A stretch of 25,690 bases of DNA from a virus (lineage: Duplodnaviria; Caudoviricetes): positions 1 to 25,690 of IMG/VR virus record IMGVR_UViG_3300044613_000708. One strand, 5' to 3'. The position numbers and the translations under genes are program-made. The notes under the pieces were generated by a model. The model saw only the letters and a list, made by a program, of their open reading frames with translations. It had not been told where the DNA came from and did no database searches. Shown here in pieces: positions 1 through 7,182 of the stretch (the stretch's first letter is position 1; the number at the start of each line of letters is the position of its first letter).

Positions 1-143
1 CGTGTGTTCTTGATGACAATCGCGCCGTCCTTGAATCTCTCAATCTTGCATCCGTTCTGGATGGTGAACAGCGAGTCGTTGCCGATGAAGAAGGAGTTAT
101 CCTTGTCCGATCTCGCTTGCTTCCAAATATCTTCTAGTGTCAT
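1..143 (-). CDS. hypothetical protein, partial (runs off window); MTLEDIWKQARSDKDNSFFIGNDSLFTIQNGCKIERFKDGAIVIKNT...
   Basis: Manually translated. ATG at 143 overlaps the 3' end of 97..549 and the frame is open to the window edge. Not in the ORF track. Confidence 0.55.
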   Translation of the reverse strand, partial: MTLEDIWKQARSDKDNSFFIGNDSLFTIQNGCKIERFKDGAIVIKNT

Positions 144-549
144 TGATTAGTTTGTTTTCTCGTTTGTAAAATAAAGGGTTGGTAATCCAGTTGTCCGCAG
201 TGTAAACGCCATGGATTACAGTTGAGTGGTCGCGACCACCGAGCAGTCGCCCAATGGTAGACAGCGTCAACTTCATGTTGTCTCGAACCATGTACATGAA
301 TAGGTGTCGTGCCGTAACCAGTCCGTCGCGCTTGCTCTTCACGTTGAACGTATCGAAGTGCATGCCAGTTACGTGCTCCACGGCCTCTACAATACGCAGG
401 ATCGATGCGATGTCGTCGCTCGATAGGTGCGAGAGGTCTAATGTCTTACGCTTTGGCTTGCACATGTCACGCACAATCCTTGCTACTTCGATGCCTGTGT
501 ACGCCTCGTGCTGTCGCTCGTGGAAGTAGTTTATGATTTCTTTCTCCAT
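97..549 (-). CDS. DnaA C-terminal (domain IV)-like HTH DNA-binding protein
   Basis: ARHLFMYMVR..LTLSTIGRLLGGRDHSTVIHGV matches the DnaA domain IV signature (IG..FG.RDHTTV.HA). No AAA+ domain is present. Confidence 0.8.
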   Translation of the reverse strand: MEKEIINYFHERQHEAYTGIEVARIVRDMCKPKRKTLDLSHLSSDDIASILRIVEAVEHVTGMHFDTFNVKSKRDGLVTARHLFMYMVRDNMKLTLSTIGRLLGGRDHSTVIHGVYTADNWITNPLFYKRENKLINDTRRYLEASEIGQG

Positions 550-680
550 GTCTTTAAGTTCTCGTGGAATTCGTTAAAGCCTTCAATCGGCTGGTCGTAC
601 TCAAACTGGTAGGGGGTGGCTTCTGCCACCTCCTCCTGCTTAGTAAATAGATTCTTGATTAAATTAATTACTCGTTTCAT
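531..680 (-). CDS. small hypothetical protein, 49 aa (MKRVINLIKNLFTKQEEVAEATPYQFEYDQPIEGFNEFHENLKTWRKKS); paralog of 2072..2278
   Basis: Manually translated. ATGA overlap with 677..880, fills the gap to 97..549, and shares KQE..EA.PY.FE.D...F..F with 2072..2278. Confidence 0.7.
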   Translation of the reverse strand: MKRVINLIKNLFTKQEEVAEATPYQFEYDQPIEGFNEFHENLKTWRKKS

Positions 681-880
681 TTCAGTTCAGTTTTTGTTAG
701 TGTAAATGTAGTTCTTGTGTCCTCTCCTACCCACAGGTAGGTGTCACCAATCTTGTCGTAGAACTTTCCTTGTTCTCCCGTCATCTCGTTTGCCGTGTCC
801 AGTATCTCTTGGTCGTTCGGCTCAGAGGTAAAGGCGCAGACAATCTGCCCGTCCTCTATTAATACCCACGTGAATGTCAT
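677..880 (-). CDS. hypothetical protein
   Basis: 67-aa ORF with ATGA overlaps at both ends. Confidence 0.7.
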   Translation of the reverse strand: MTFTWVLIEDGQIVCAFTSEPNDQEILDTANEMTGEQGKFYDKIGDTYLWVGEDTRTTFTLTKTELK

Positions 881-1044
881 TCCTCTATATGATTATGTTT
901 TAACTCACATATCCAAGCGTTTTCAAATTCGTAAATACCGCAATGCGATAATGCATCATCGTAATCTTCAAATATCTTCACATTGCCATCGGCATCTTTG
1001 AAAAATTCTTTGCTGATAATGTCAACGATGATATATTTAGTCAT
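877..1044 (-). CDS. hypothetical protein (MTKYIIVDII..., 55 aa)
   Basis: Start moved from 1110 to ATG 1044, just after the upstream stop and a degenerate SD-like TGAGGC. Confidence 0.65.
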   Translation of the reverse strand: MTKYIIVDIISKEFFKDADGNVKIFEDYDDALSHCGIYEFENAWICELKHNHIEE

Positions 1045-1051
1045 TGTTGCC

Positions 1052-1447
1052 TCAGAATGTTTCGTTGTAGTATTGTTGTGAAAAATCTTCTGCACTTTGT
1101 CGTTTTTCAAGATATTCTAAACCATAAGGCAAATTATTAAGATGAATAAACATATCCATTTGAGCATTTTTAATTTCATCCTTTCGCATTGCTTCGGCTT
1201 GTTCAAGTGCTTTGTAAATATCAAATCCTCTCAATCTCAAATTGATGTCTTTTTTGATTTGTTCAACCAACCACTCTACGCTACTCTGTTTATTGTTGCT
1301 CATTGTTTTTTCTTTTTCCATAAGTTCTTTAAGTTCTTTTTTTCTTTGTTCTCTTCGTTGTTCTCGGTTTTCAATACGCCATTTGTTTTTTTCTATTGAA
1401 TCGGTTTTATAAGCGGTGGCTAATAGGTGTTTGATTTTATCATTCAT
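1052..1447 (-). CDS. hypothetical mosaic protein: MNDKIKHLL module fused to a KQ(S/T)(S/A)VEWL...YYNETF module
   Basis: Start at ATG 1447 after AGGAGGT. First ~48 aa resemble 4451..4789 and the second half resembles 3949..4212. An internal start at MSNNKQ (1303) is possible. Confidence 0.7.
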   Translation of the reverse strand: MNDKIKHLLATAYKTDSIEKNKWRIENREQRREQRKKELKELMEKEKTMSNNKQSSVEWLVEQIKKDINLRLRGFDIYKALEQAEAMRKDEIKNAQMDMFIHLNNLPYGLEYLEKRQSAEDFSQQYYNETF

Positions 1448-1676
1448 TGTTACCTCCTTTCTCCCTTGCAAAAATCTTAAATGTGTTTCCATTGCCATCA
1501 CTAAATACAATGTTTGAAGTACTAGTATCACCAATTGTAAGGTTCATTTCTCTTTTTCCATTAATGTATTCAGCAATCATTACTGGTACATCATTATTAA
1601 ATTGAAATGCCCATTCTAAGTTATCAATTTTATGGTTTACAATTCCTATTGCCGTTTGTTGTTTATCGTTGCTCAT
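1440..1676 (-). CDS. hypothetical protein with MSNDKQQTA N-terminus
   Basis: 78-aa AT-rich ORF overlapping both neighbours. Confidence 0.7.
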   Translation of the reverse strand: MSNDKQQTAIGIVNHKIDNLEWAFQFNNDVPVMIAEYINGKREMNLTIGDTSTSNIVFSDGNGNTFKIFAREKGGNNE

Positions 1677-1807
1677 TGTTCGTTTATGAATTTAGCGTAA
1701 TCGTGTGCATCCTGTTCACTCTCAAAGGTGGCCAGTAATTCTCCAGCGAAGTATACTCGCCACTTGGTAATGAAGTTGATTGTGGCTTTAATTACGACCG
1801 CTTTCAT
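1673..1807 (-). CDS. small hypothetical protein (MKAVVIKATINFITKWRVYFAGELLATFE..., 44 aa)
   Basis: Start moved to ATG 1807, overlapping the end of 1788..2075. ATGA overlap with the next gene. Confidence 0.65.
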   Translation of the reverse strand: MKAVVIKATINFITKWRVYFAGELLATFESEQDAHDYAKFINEQ

Positions 1808-2075
1808 TCTTGATTGAGTTATACTGGTTCTCCCAAGTCCTCGCTTTGTCCTCAAGCTCTTGCTTGGTTTTCTCGTGACTCATTTTTGCCAAGTTCAATT
1901 GGTTGGTGGCAGTTTGCAAGTCAATGCGATTCTGCCAAAGTTCCCCTTCCAGTTCGGTGTTGATGCGATGTAGACGGTAGATTTCTTCCAAGTAACTTTG
2001 TGACTTCTTTTCATCAGCATACACCTTGTACACCAATAGGACGAATGTCAATCCAAATAGTATTGTTGTTGTCAT
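1788..2075 (-). CDS. membrane-anchored coiled-coil hypothetical protein
   Basis: N-terminal hydrophobic stretch (ILFGLTFVLLVY) followed by a heptad-rich helix. Confidence 0.7.
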   Translation of the reverse strand: MTTTILFGLTFVLLVYKVYADEKKSQSYLEEIYRLHRINTELEGELWQNRIDLQTATNQLNLAKMSHEKTKQELEDKARTWENQYNSIKNESGRN

Positions 2076-2278
2076 TTTGCTTTTCCTTTATAAAATTTGT
2101 GGTTGAAAATTGCCTGACTGAATTGGTCAAAGTCAGGTTTGTACTCGTCCCTCTCAAACTCGTATGGTTTGGCTTCGGGAAGTTCTTGCTTCATTGACTT
2201 GCGGAATGCGTGGATTCCGTAGCCCACCGCAAATGCGATGGGAGTCAAGATGATTGGGTAGATGATGTCTAATGCCAT
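2072..2278 (-). CDS. small membrane-anchored hypothetical protein
   Basis: N-terminal TM (IIYPIILTPIAFAVGYGI). Paralog of 531..680. Confidence 0.7.
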   Translation of the reverse strand: MALDIIYPIILTPIAFAVGYGIHAFRKSMKQELPEAKPYEFERDEYKPDFDQFSQAIFNHKFYKGKAK

Positions 2279-2314
2279 AGTTTAATTTTCTAAATCTTTT
2301 TGTGAATGGACAAT

Positions 2315-2962
2315 TTATTTTGTGATTGATAAAAATAGTTCTCCAGCGTATGTCAGTTTCTCGTCAATGATTTCTTGCGAGTCCTCGTCCAAAGTGATAA
2401 GCGTTCCTGTGACCTTCTTGCCTTCAGGCATTCGTGGATCGTAGGAAACGAAAATCCCTTCGGTCAACCCGGTTGCAATCATTCCCATCTGCATCTGCCA
2501 ATAATACTCCGTCCGTTTGGACTTGAGTTGCTCGTTGTTTTTGATGAAGAAGTTTTGAAGGTGGTTGCCTGAATTAAAAGGACATTTGATTTCAATGAGC
2601 TTCTCACCAAGTGCATCGGGAGAGTAACCACCCCAAAGACCATAGGTGATGAAGGTGTAGGTCTCTGCTCCGTAGTAGGTATAGAAGTCATCGGTTTGTT
2701 GCTGGAAGTAGTGGAACGCTTCTTTCTCGTGTTCCTTGCCCCAATCCAAAGCACGACCATAAATCTCCGTGCGGTTGCCTGTGAGATACTCCGCTGCTTT
2801 CTCAAACACAAATGACTTTGCCGTCTCCGAAAGGAACTCCGATTTTGTTTTCGGAGTCCCCATCAGTTTGTGAATTTCGGAAGCGGTGAAGCGTGACCTT
2901 CTTAAATCTTGCCAATCCTCCTCCGTCAAAGAAGAGTGAATTGTTGGAAGTTGATGTTTCAT
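2315..2962 (-). CDS. YqaJ / lambda-exonuclease-like recombination nuclease
   Basis: Motifs W..LRRSRFTASE, WGKEHE, YSPDAL..LIEIKCP, YYWQMQ..M. Start moved to ATG 2962 (ATGA overlap with ERF). Confidence 0.9.
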   Translation of the reverse strand: MKHQLPTIHSSLTEEDWQDLRRSRFTASEIHKLMGTPKTKSEFLSETAKSFVFEKAAEYLTGNRTEIYGRALDWGKEHEKEAFHYFQQQTDDFYTYYGAETYTFITYGLWGGYSPDALGEKLIEIKCPFNSGNHLQNFFIKNNEQLKSKRTEYYWQMQMGMIATGLTEGIFVSYDPRMPEGKKVTGTLITLDEDSQEIIDEKLTYAGELFLSITK

Positions 2963-3495
2963 TTCTCGCCAATTAATAGTTTTTGATTCACTGGAGAGAC
3001 ATCGTACTTGTTTGTGATGTCGGTCATCAGTCCACCGGTCTTGAGATGCTCCATTGCTTTTGCCCAATTAGGATGCTTGGGAGTGAGTTCTTCTTTCTTG
3101 GGTACTTGTCTACCCATTGCCTTCTCACCGTCATCGTCATCGTCAATGTTCAGGTTCAAGATAGAACCGAGAGCATAACGCCTTGCGTAAGTGATTGCCG
3201 AACCCATCGCTTGTGGATCGTTCTGCTTTGCCACAGGCATCGTGTAGGATGACTCCATCCACTCACCTGATTCGGAGTGAACGATGATGGTTGTGAGTGC
3301 GTCACCATCGGGAAACTGACTGACTGCCAATCCACATTCGCTCAATGGCTTTTGGATGGTTGACAAGATGTTTGCCAATGATGCATACTTTGACTTGAAG
3401 AAAGGATTGTTTGACTCCTTTGCTACCTTGCTCACCGATGCTTGGAATTTTACCAACGCACCAGCGATGTTCTTGATTGATTCTGATTTATTCAT
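2959..3495 (-). CDS. ERF-family single-strand annealing protein
   Basis: NPFFKSKYASL, HSESGEWM, PQAMGSAITYARRYAL..L....DDDG are ERF signatures. Confidence 0.92.
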   Translation of the reverse strand: MNKSESIKNIAGALVKFQASVSKVAKESNNPFFKSKYASLANILSTIQKPLSECGLAVSQFPDGDALTTIIVHSESGEWMESSYTMPVAKQNDPQAMGSAITYARRYALGSILNLNIDDDDDGEKAMGRQVPKKEELTPKHPNWAKAMEHLKTGGLMTDITNKYDVSPVNQKLLIGEK

Positions 3496-3749
3496 AGGAA
3501 ATTTGTTTTTTGTCCGAGCATAAATAACACTGTGAACTTGTCGGGTTCAAGATAGAAGAACCGCTCCGATTCAATGCCGACCAAATTGGTCTCAACGCAT
3601 CCACCAAAGTAGACATCACGCTTTATCATATACGGCTCAAGTTCATCAAAGTGGTTGTTCAGTAAATAGTCATCTACTTGCTTGTCGGTATAGACATACC
3701 TATCCCCATTGATGGTGAGAATCCATCCGTTGACGGTTGCCTCAATCAT
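3492..3749 (-). CDS. hypothetical protein
   Basis: 85-aa ORF with ATGA overlaps and AGGAGGT 5 nt upstream. Confidence 0.75.
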   Translation of the reverse strand: MIEATVNGWILTINGDRYVYTDKQVDDYLLNNHFDELEPYMIKRDVYFGGCVETNLVGIESERFFYLEPDKFTVLFMLGQKTNFL

Positions 3750-3952
3750 TGTTCACCTCCTTGTATTTTTACTACTCCGTAAATTGTAAGTATTTTTTTT
3801 AGTTTTGAAAGTGTAATTGACATACCTTCTTCTTTAGTAACTTCTTCATCCCACATATCAACCCCTTCGGTAATAATAGATTCTGCATCAGCACAATCAA
3901 AACAAAATCCAAATCTTAAATCTTGTTCTCTGTTGCAACATTTACATTTCAT
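3746..3952 (-). CDS. small putative zinc-binding protein
   Basis: CKCC...CFDC cysteine pairs, ATGA overlaps, AGGAGGT upstream. Confidence 0.7.
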   Translation of the reverse strand: MKCKCCNREQDLRFGFCFDCADAESIITEGVDMWDEEVTKEEGMSITLSKLKKILTIYGVVKIQGGEQ

Positions 3953-4212
3953 TTGTTACCTCCTCCGTAGGTATTGTTAAAATGTTTTTCAATCGTACTT
4001 TTTACATCAATTTTTTTCATCATTACAGAACCGTTAAAATACCAATCCTCGGCAAAGTTAATTGTTCTTTCCTTCTCCACTTCTTTGGCTTTTTCAAGTA
4101 TTTCTTTCATACTTAAATTTGGTTTTAACATTTCTTGTTCCAACCACTCCACTGCTGTTTGTTGTTTCTTATTTACCATTTTCGTAGGTTGTTTTGTCGT
4201 GGTTGTTCTCAT
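3949..4212 (-). CDS. hypothetical protein with KQQTAVEWL...FNNTYGG module
   Basis: Start moved to ATG 4212 (ATGA overlap, AGGAGGT). Similar to the C-terminal half of 1052..1447. Confidence 0.7.
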   Translation of the reverse strand: MRTTTTKQPTKMVNKKQQTAVEWLEQEMLKPNLSMKEILEKAKEVEKERTINFAEDWYFNGSVMMKKIDVKSTIEKHFNNTYGGGNK

Positions 4213-4448
4213 TTGTGACCTCCTTTGTGGATAGGGTTTTTGCAATTTCCTTTGTGACATAGAATATCGCCCTTGTAATTTTTACAAATAAAGTATTCAC
4301 ATCCTTCAATTACACACACCTTAAGTGGGTCTGATGCTAAATTACCTTCACTTGGTATTGTGTAGTTTGTAGTTCTTGATGATACTGTGGGTTCTTCGCA
4401 ACCAGCCATCATTCCGATGAGTAATGTTGCTAATAATATTTTTTTCAT
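4209..4448 (-). CDS. small Cys-rich lipoprotein
   Basis: MKKILLATLLIGMMAG-C signal peptide II/lipobox, followed by VIEGCEY...HKGNCKNPIH. Confidence 0.8.
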   Translation of the reverse strand: MKKILLATLLIGMMAGCEEPTVSSRTTNYTIPSEGNLASDPLKVCVIEGCEYFICKNYKGDILCHKGNCKNPIHKGGHK

Positions 4449-4450
4449 TT

Positions 4451-4789
4451 CTACTTTATTGATTTGTTAGTTGTGTTTCGACTTAGCATTACATAAATAC
4501 CGCAATAAGCAAATACCAAAAGAAGAAGAATTATTAGCCCAAGAAAAATATGTATACTCTTATGCACGGCTATTGTAAGGGCTAAAATTCCTATCAAAAT
4601 AATTAAAGCGTTTATTGCCTTTTGTTTTTTATCTCTTTCCATTTGTTTTTTATCTTTTTCCATAAGTTCTTTTAGTTTTTGTTTTCTTTCTTTTCTTAAT
4701 TGTTCACGATTTTCAATGCGCCATTTGTTTCTTGCTATTGCATCCGATTTCTCTGCCGTATCGAGTAAGTGTTTTATTTTGTCATTCAT
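4451..4789 (-). CDS. hypothetical mosaic protein: MNDKIKHLL module plus two C-terminal TM helices
   Basis: N-terminus duplicated at 1303..1447. Hydrophobic segments ALIILIGILALTIAV and IFLGLIILLLLVFAYCGIYVML. Confidence 0.75.
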   Translation of the reverse strand: MNDKIKHLLDTAEKSDAIARNKWRIENREQLRKERKQKLKELMEKDKKQMERDKKQKAINALIILIGILALTIAVHKSIHIFLGLIILLLLVFAYCGIYVMLSRNTTNKSIK

Positions 4790-4967
4790 TGCTCACCTCC
4801 TTCAATGCAATCTCAATGACTGACTTTGCTTTGGGAGAAACGATGTTCCCCTCAATTAAATACTTTCTAACCGTTGGGAGAGATACCCCAGCTTTACGAG
4901 CGACTGACTGCAATAGTCCTTGCCGTCTCTTCATTTTAATCTCTTCAATTGCTTTCGTGTAATCCAT
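4782..4967 (-). CDS. small Cro-like HTH DNA-binding protein
   Basis: LQSVARKAGVSLPTVRKYL helix-turn-helix. First gene after the host-type promoter. Confidence 0.8.
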   Translation of the reverse strand: MDYTKAIEEIKMKRRQGLLQSVARKAGVSLPTVRKYLIEGNIVSPKAKSVIEIALKEVSNE

Positions 4968-4975
4968 AACGAGAG

Positions 4976-5006
4976 CAAAAGTAAAGTAAACTTTCTAATT
5001 GTGCAA
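4976..5006 (-). promoter_or_regulatory. Bacteroidota primary-sigma-type promoter (-33 TTG, -7 TACTTTTG) driving the early region
   Basis: Minus strand reads TTG(5006-5004)-N20-TACTTTTG(4983-4976), ending 8 nt before ATG 4967. Matches the TTG/TTTG-N19-21-TAnnTTTG consensus. Confidence 0.75.
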
Positions 5007-5027
5007 GTATTTTTTTCTTTTTGTGAA

Positions 5028-5576
5028 TTAACTTTTCACTTCCACCGCAAATATCAAGTCACCAAGACGAGCATTCAACTCGTTTACCAACTCCATTTGT
5101 AGTGATTCGGTGAAGGCATCTTCCAAGAATGGGTTTGCCTTTGTACCTCTGCGGTGAATCTTTTTTGCAATCGCTTTGGCCAATGAATCGTGAGTCATAT
5201 TCTGCGGAATAGCAATCGGCTTTGCCCTTATCCATTCTTTGATGGACTGCCACAGGTAGGGTGTTCCCTCAATATGACCATTCCTTGTCGGCTTTCTTCC
5301 AAACTCAACAAACTCCCAATAGTCATCTGCAACAAGGATCGTGTTGATGGATGTCGGTGTCTTAATTATCTCACCCGGTTTGAACGATGCCTTCAATCCA
5401 CCACTCGCATTTATCTTCCGCTCATCCATTGTCCGAGCGATTTGCGGATTTACTTTGTTATTCCACCAATCTCGGATGATTTGCTCAAGCAAGTTGTTGA
5501 CTGGATTTCCTACATTCTCATCACCAAGAAAGGAGTCAAGCACATCGCCTAATTTGCTTAAATCTATTTCAGCCAC
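5028..5576 (-). CDS. putative neck/tail-completion protein (HK97 gp10-like morphogenesis family)
   Basis: Motifs ASGGLKAS, DYWEFVEFGRKP, AIAKKIHRRGTKANPFLEDA. Likely GTG start at 5576. Confidence 0.65.
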   Translation of the reverse strand: MAEIDLSKLGDVLDSFLGDENVGNPVNNLLEQIIRDWWNNKVNPQIARTMDERKINASGGLKASFKPGEIIKTPTSINTILVADDYWEFVEFGRKPTRNGHIEGTPYLWQSIKEWIRAKPIAIPQNMTHDSLAKAIAKKIHRRGTKANPFLEDAFTESLQMELVNELNARLGDLIFAVEVKS

Positions 5577-5896
5577 GATAGAAGCGTTAAAAAGGTCAAA
5601 GTGATACTTACCCCTTGCCAAAGGATTATCTTGCGTGAAATGGCTTTATTTTCGCTCACAAGGGCATTGTTCTTCTCTCGCAGATATGCGTTGTTGATTC
5701 GCACCTTGACAATGATGCTATCTTGCTCGGCAATTATGATGGAATCCGATGTCACAATCCTACGAAGAACCGTGACTTGTTCTCTTGCAATCGCACCTTT
5801 GACCAAATAGTGGTTGGCTTGTTTGATGGTATTTGTATCAACAAGGACTTGTCCATAACTGGTCAACGGAAGGAGCAGAATCAACAAGAATCTCAT
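5564..5896 (-). CDS. signal-peptide coiled-coil protein with C-terminal TM; spanin-like candidate
   Basis: MRFLLILLLPLTSYGQ signal, coiled coil, C-terminal hydrophobic helix. No lipobox Cys. Start moved to ATG 5896. Confidence 0.55.
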   Translation of the reverse strand: MRFLLILLLPLTSYGQVLVDTNTIKQANHYLVKGAIAREQVTVLRRIVTSDSIIIAEQDSIIVKVRINNAYLREKNNALVSENKAISRKIILWQGVSITLTFLTLLSWLK

Positions 5897-5897
5897 C

Positions 5898-6134
5898 TTA
5901 CAAAGTAGCGTTTTTCTTCGTTTGTTTTTCCTTCTCTGCGATGAGCTTGTCAAGATACCACTTTGCTTTGTACAAATCCTCAAGTCCGTTCTTGTCCTCA
6001 CATCTCCACAGGTACTTAATTACATTTGCGGTGCATACGGCAATGAGTCCCTTCTTCCTGATGGTTGCTGACTCAATCGCATCAATACACTCTATGTCTC
6101 CCTGTTTGTAGTGGGTTGGGTTAATTGCATCCAT
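5898..6134 (-). CDS. DUF3310 (SaV-like) protein
   Basis: INPTHY..GDIECIDAI...NVIKYLWR..KNGLEDLYKAKWYL. Confidence 0.9.
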   Translation of the reverse strand: MDAINPTHYKQGDIECIDAIESATIRKKGLIAVCTANVIKYLWRCEDKNGLEDLYKAKWYLDKLIAEKEKQTKKNATL

Positions 6135-6346
6135 TTTCTCACAAAGGTATAATAACTCTCTTCAATCACAATGATGTGTCCACCTGTCATAAATAGTTGC
6201 GTATTCTCAAAGAACGCACAAGCAGCGACAATGTGTTGCTCATTTACAAATCCATCTTCCAAGATTTGCACAATCTCCGGTTCAATCCCAACAGATTCAA
6301 GCCAAGAGTCGTTCTTTTGTTCCAGTATGATTTGCACTTTCATCAT
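6092..6346 (-). CDS. hypothetical protein
   Basis: 84-aa ORF overlapping both neighbours. Confidence 0.7.
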   Translation of the reverse strand: MMKVQIILEQKNDSWLESVGIEPEIVQILEDGFVNEQHIVAACAFFENTQLFMTGGHIIVIEESYYTFVRKWMQLTQPTTNRET

Positions 6347-7182
6347 AATGTCTTGTGCGTGTATGCGTGAATCTTGCGTGTTGTTGCCTTGTCTCGGAAT
6401 GGTTTGAGAATTAACCAGCGACCTCCGATTGGTTTTGGACTTGCACCTCTTTCAATGTGCCACCCCTTTGATCCATCTCCGTATTCTTCTTTGTATGCTG
6501 AAGTTCTAATCATCAAGATGTCCCTCAATTGAACGGTGTCTTTAGTCGTCAACTCTTCCACCGTGTAGGTCATCTCATAGTCCTCGTGAACATGCCCCAT
6601 CCAAATCGCATCCGCTCCCTCTACATTGACGCTCATTCGGTTGTGCTGGATAGTGCCACGAGTTACCGCACCACCTCCGCCAAATCCGTGCATATACTTA
6701 ATTTTGAATGACTGCGTACTTGAGCCATCGTCAAACTGGATGCGAATCCATCCACCATATCCTCCCACTTGAATGTCCGAACCGGTCTTGTAATTTAACA
6801 AAGTCACAAAGCGTTCAATGATGTCCGTCTCTTGGCGTTTTAAGATGGCGGTCTCGTGATTGCCATAAGCAACCAACTTGATGAGATGTGCGTAAGGTGT
6901 AAACCAATCAACTGCGGTGTTGATGATGGCATCAAAGTAGTTTGCGGAATTGTGTTCAGGACGGATGTCGCTCTTGGATTTGCGTGGATCGTACGCACCT
7001 TGCATCAAGCAAAACAAATCTCCGTTGATGAGTATGTCGTGATTTCCTTTGAGTGCTTCGTCAAGGTGTTTCTTCAACAATTCCCGGTCACACTTGGGAT
7101 TGTCCCAATGTAAATCCGAAATGAGAAGGACTTTCGTTTCCTCCCATCTCTTGTCAATTCTCACTACATTGTTTTTTTTCAT
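6343..7182 (-). CDS. calcineurin-like metallophosphoesterase
   Basis: All five motifs present: SDLH, NGD, GNHE, HG, GHVH. Confidence 0.9.
   Translation of the reverse strand: MKKNNVVRIDKRWEETKVLLISDLHWDNPKCDRELLKKHLDEALKGNHDILINGDLFCLMQGAYDPRKSKSDIRPEHNSANYFDAIINTAVDWFTPYAHLIKLVAYGNHETAILKRQETDIIERFVTLLNYKTGSDIQVGGYGGWIRIQFDDGSSTQSFKIKYMHGFGGGGAVTRGTIQHNRMSVNVEGADAIWMGHVHEDYEMTYTVEELTTKDTVQLRDILMIRTSAYKEEYGDGSKGWHIERGASPKPIGGRWLILKPFRDKATTRKIHAYTHKTL

Noticed and set aside
612-636. GGTGGC-TTCT-GCCACC hairpin as a terminator
   Set aside because: It lies within ORF 531..680 and has no U tract on either strand.
1040-1054. TGA at the position where the paralog has GGA (NETF-TGA-GN vs NNTYGGGNK), hinting at TGA=Gly recoding
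   Set aside because: TGA is used as a stop in many ATGA overlaps and long genes have no in-frame TGA. A single G-to-T substitution explains it.
4227-4235. TGTGGATAG as a DnaA box
   Set aside because: Single one-mismatch copy inside a CDS, expected by chance.
1303-4802. Diversity-generating retroelement TR/VR pair
   Set aside because: Differences between the repeat copies are not confined to adenines, and no reverse transcriptase is present in the window.
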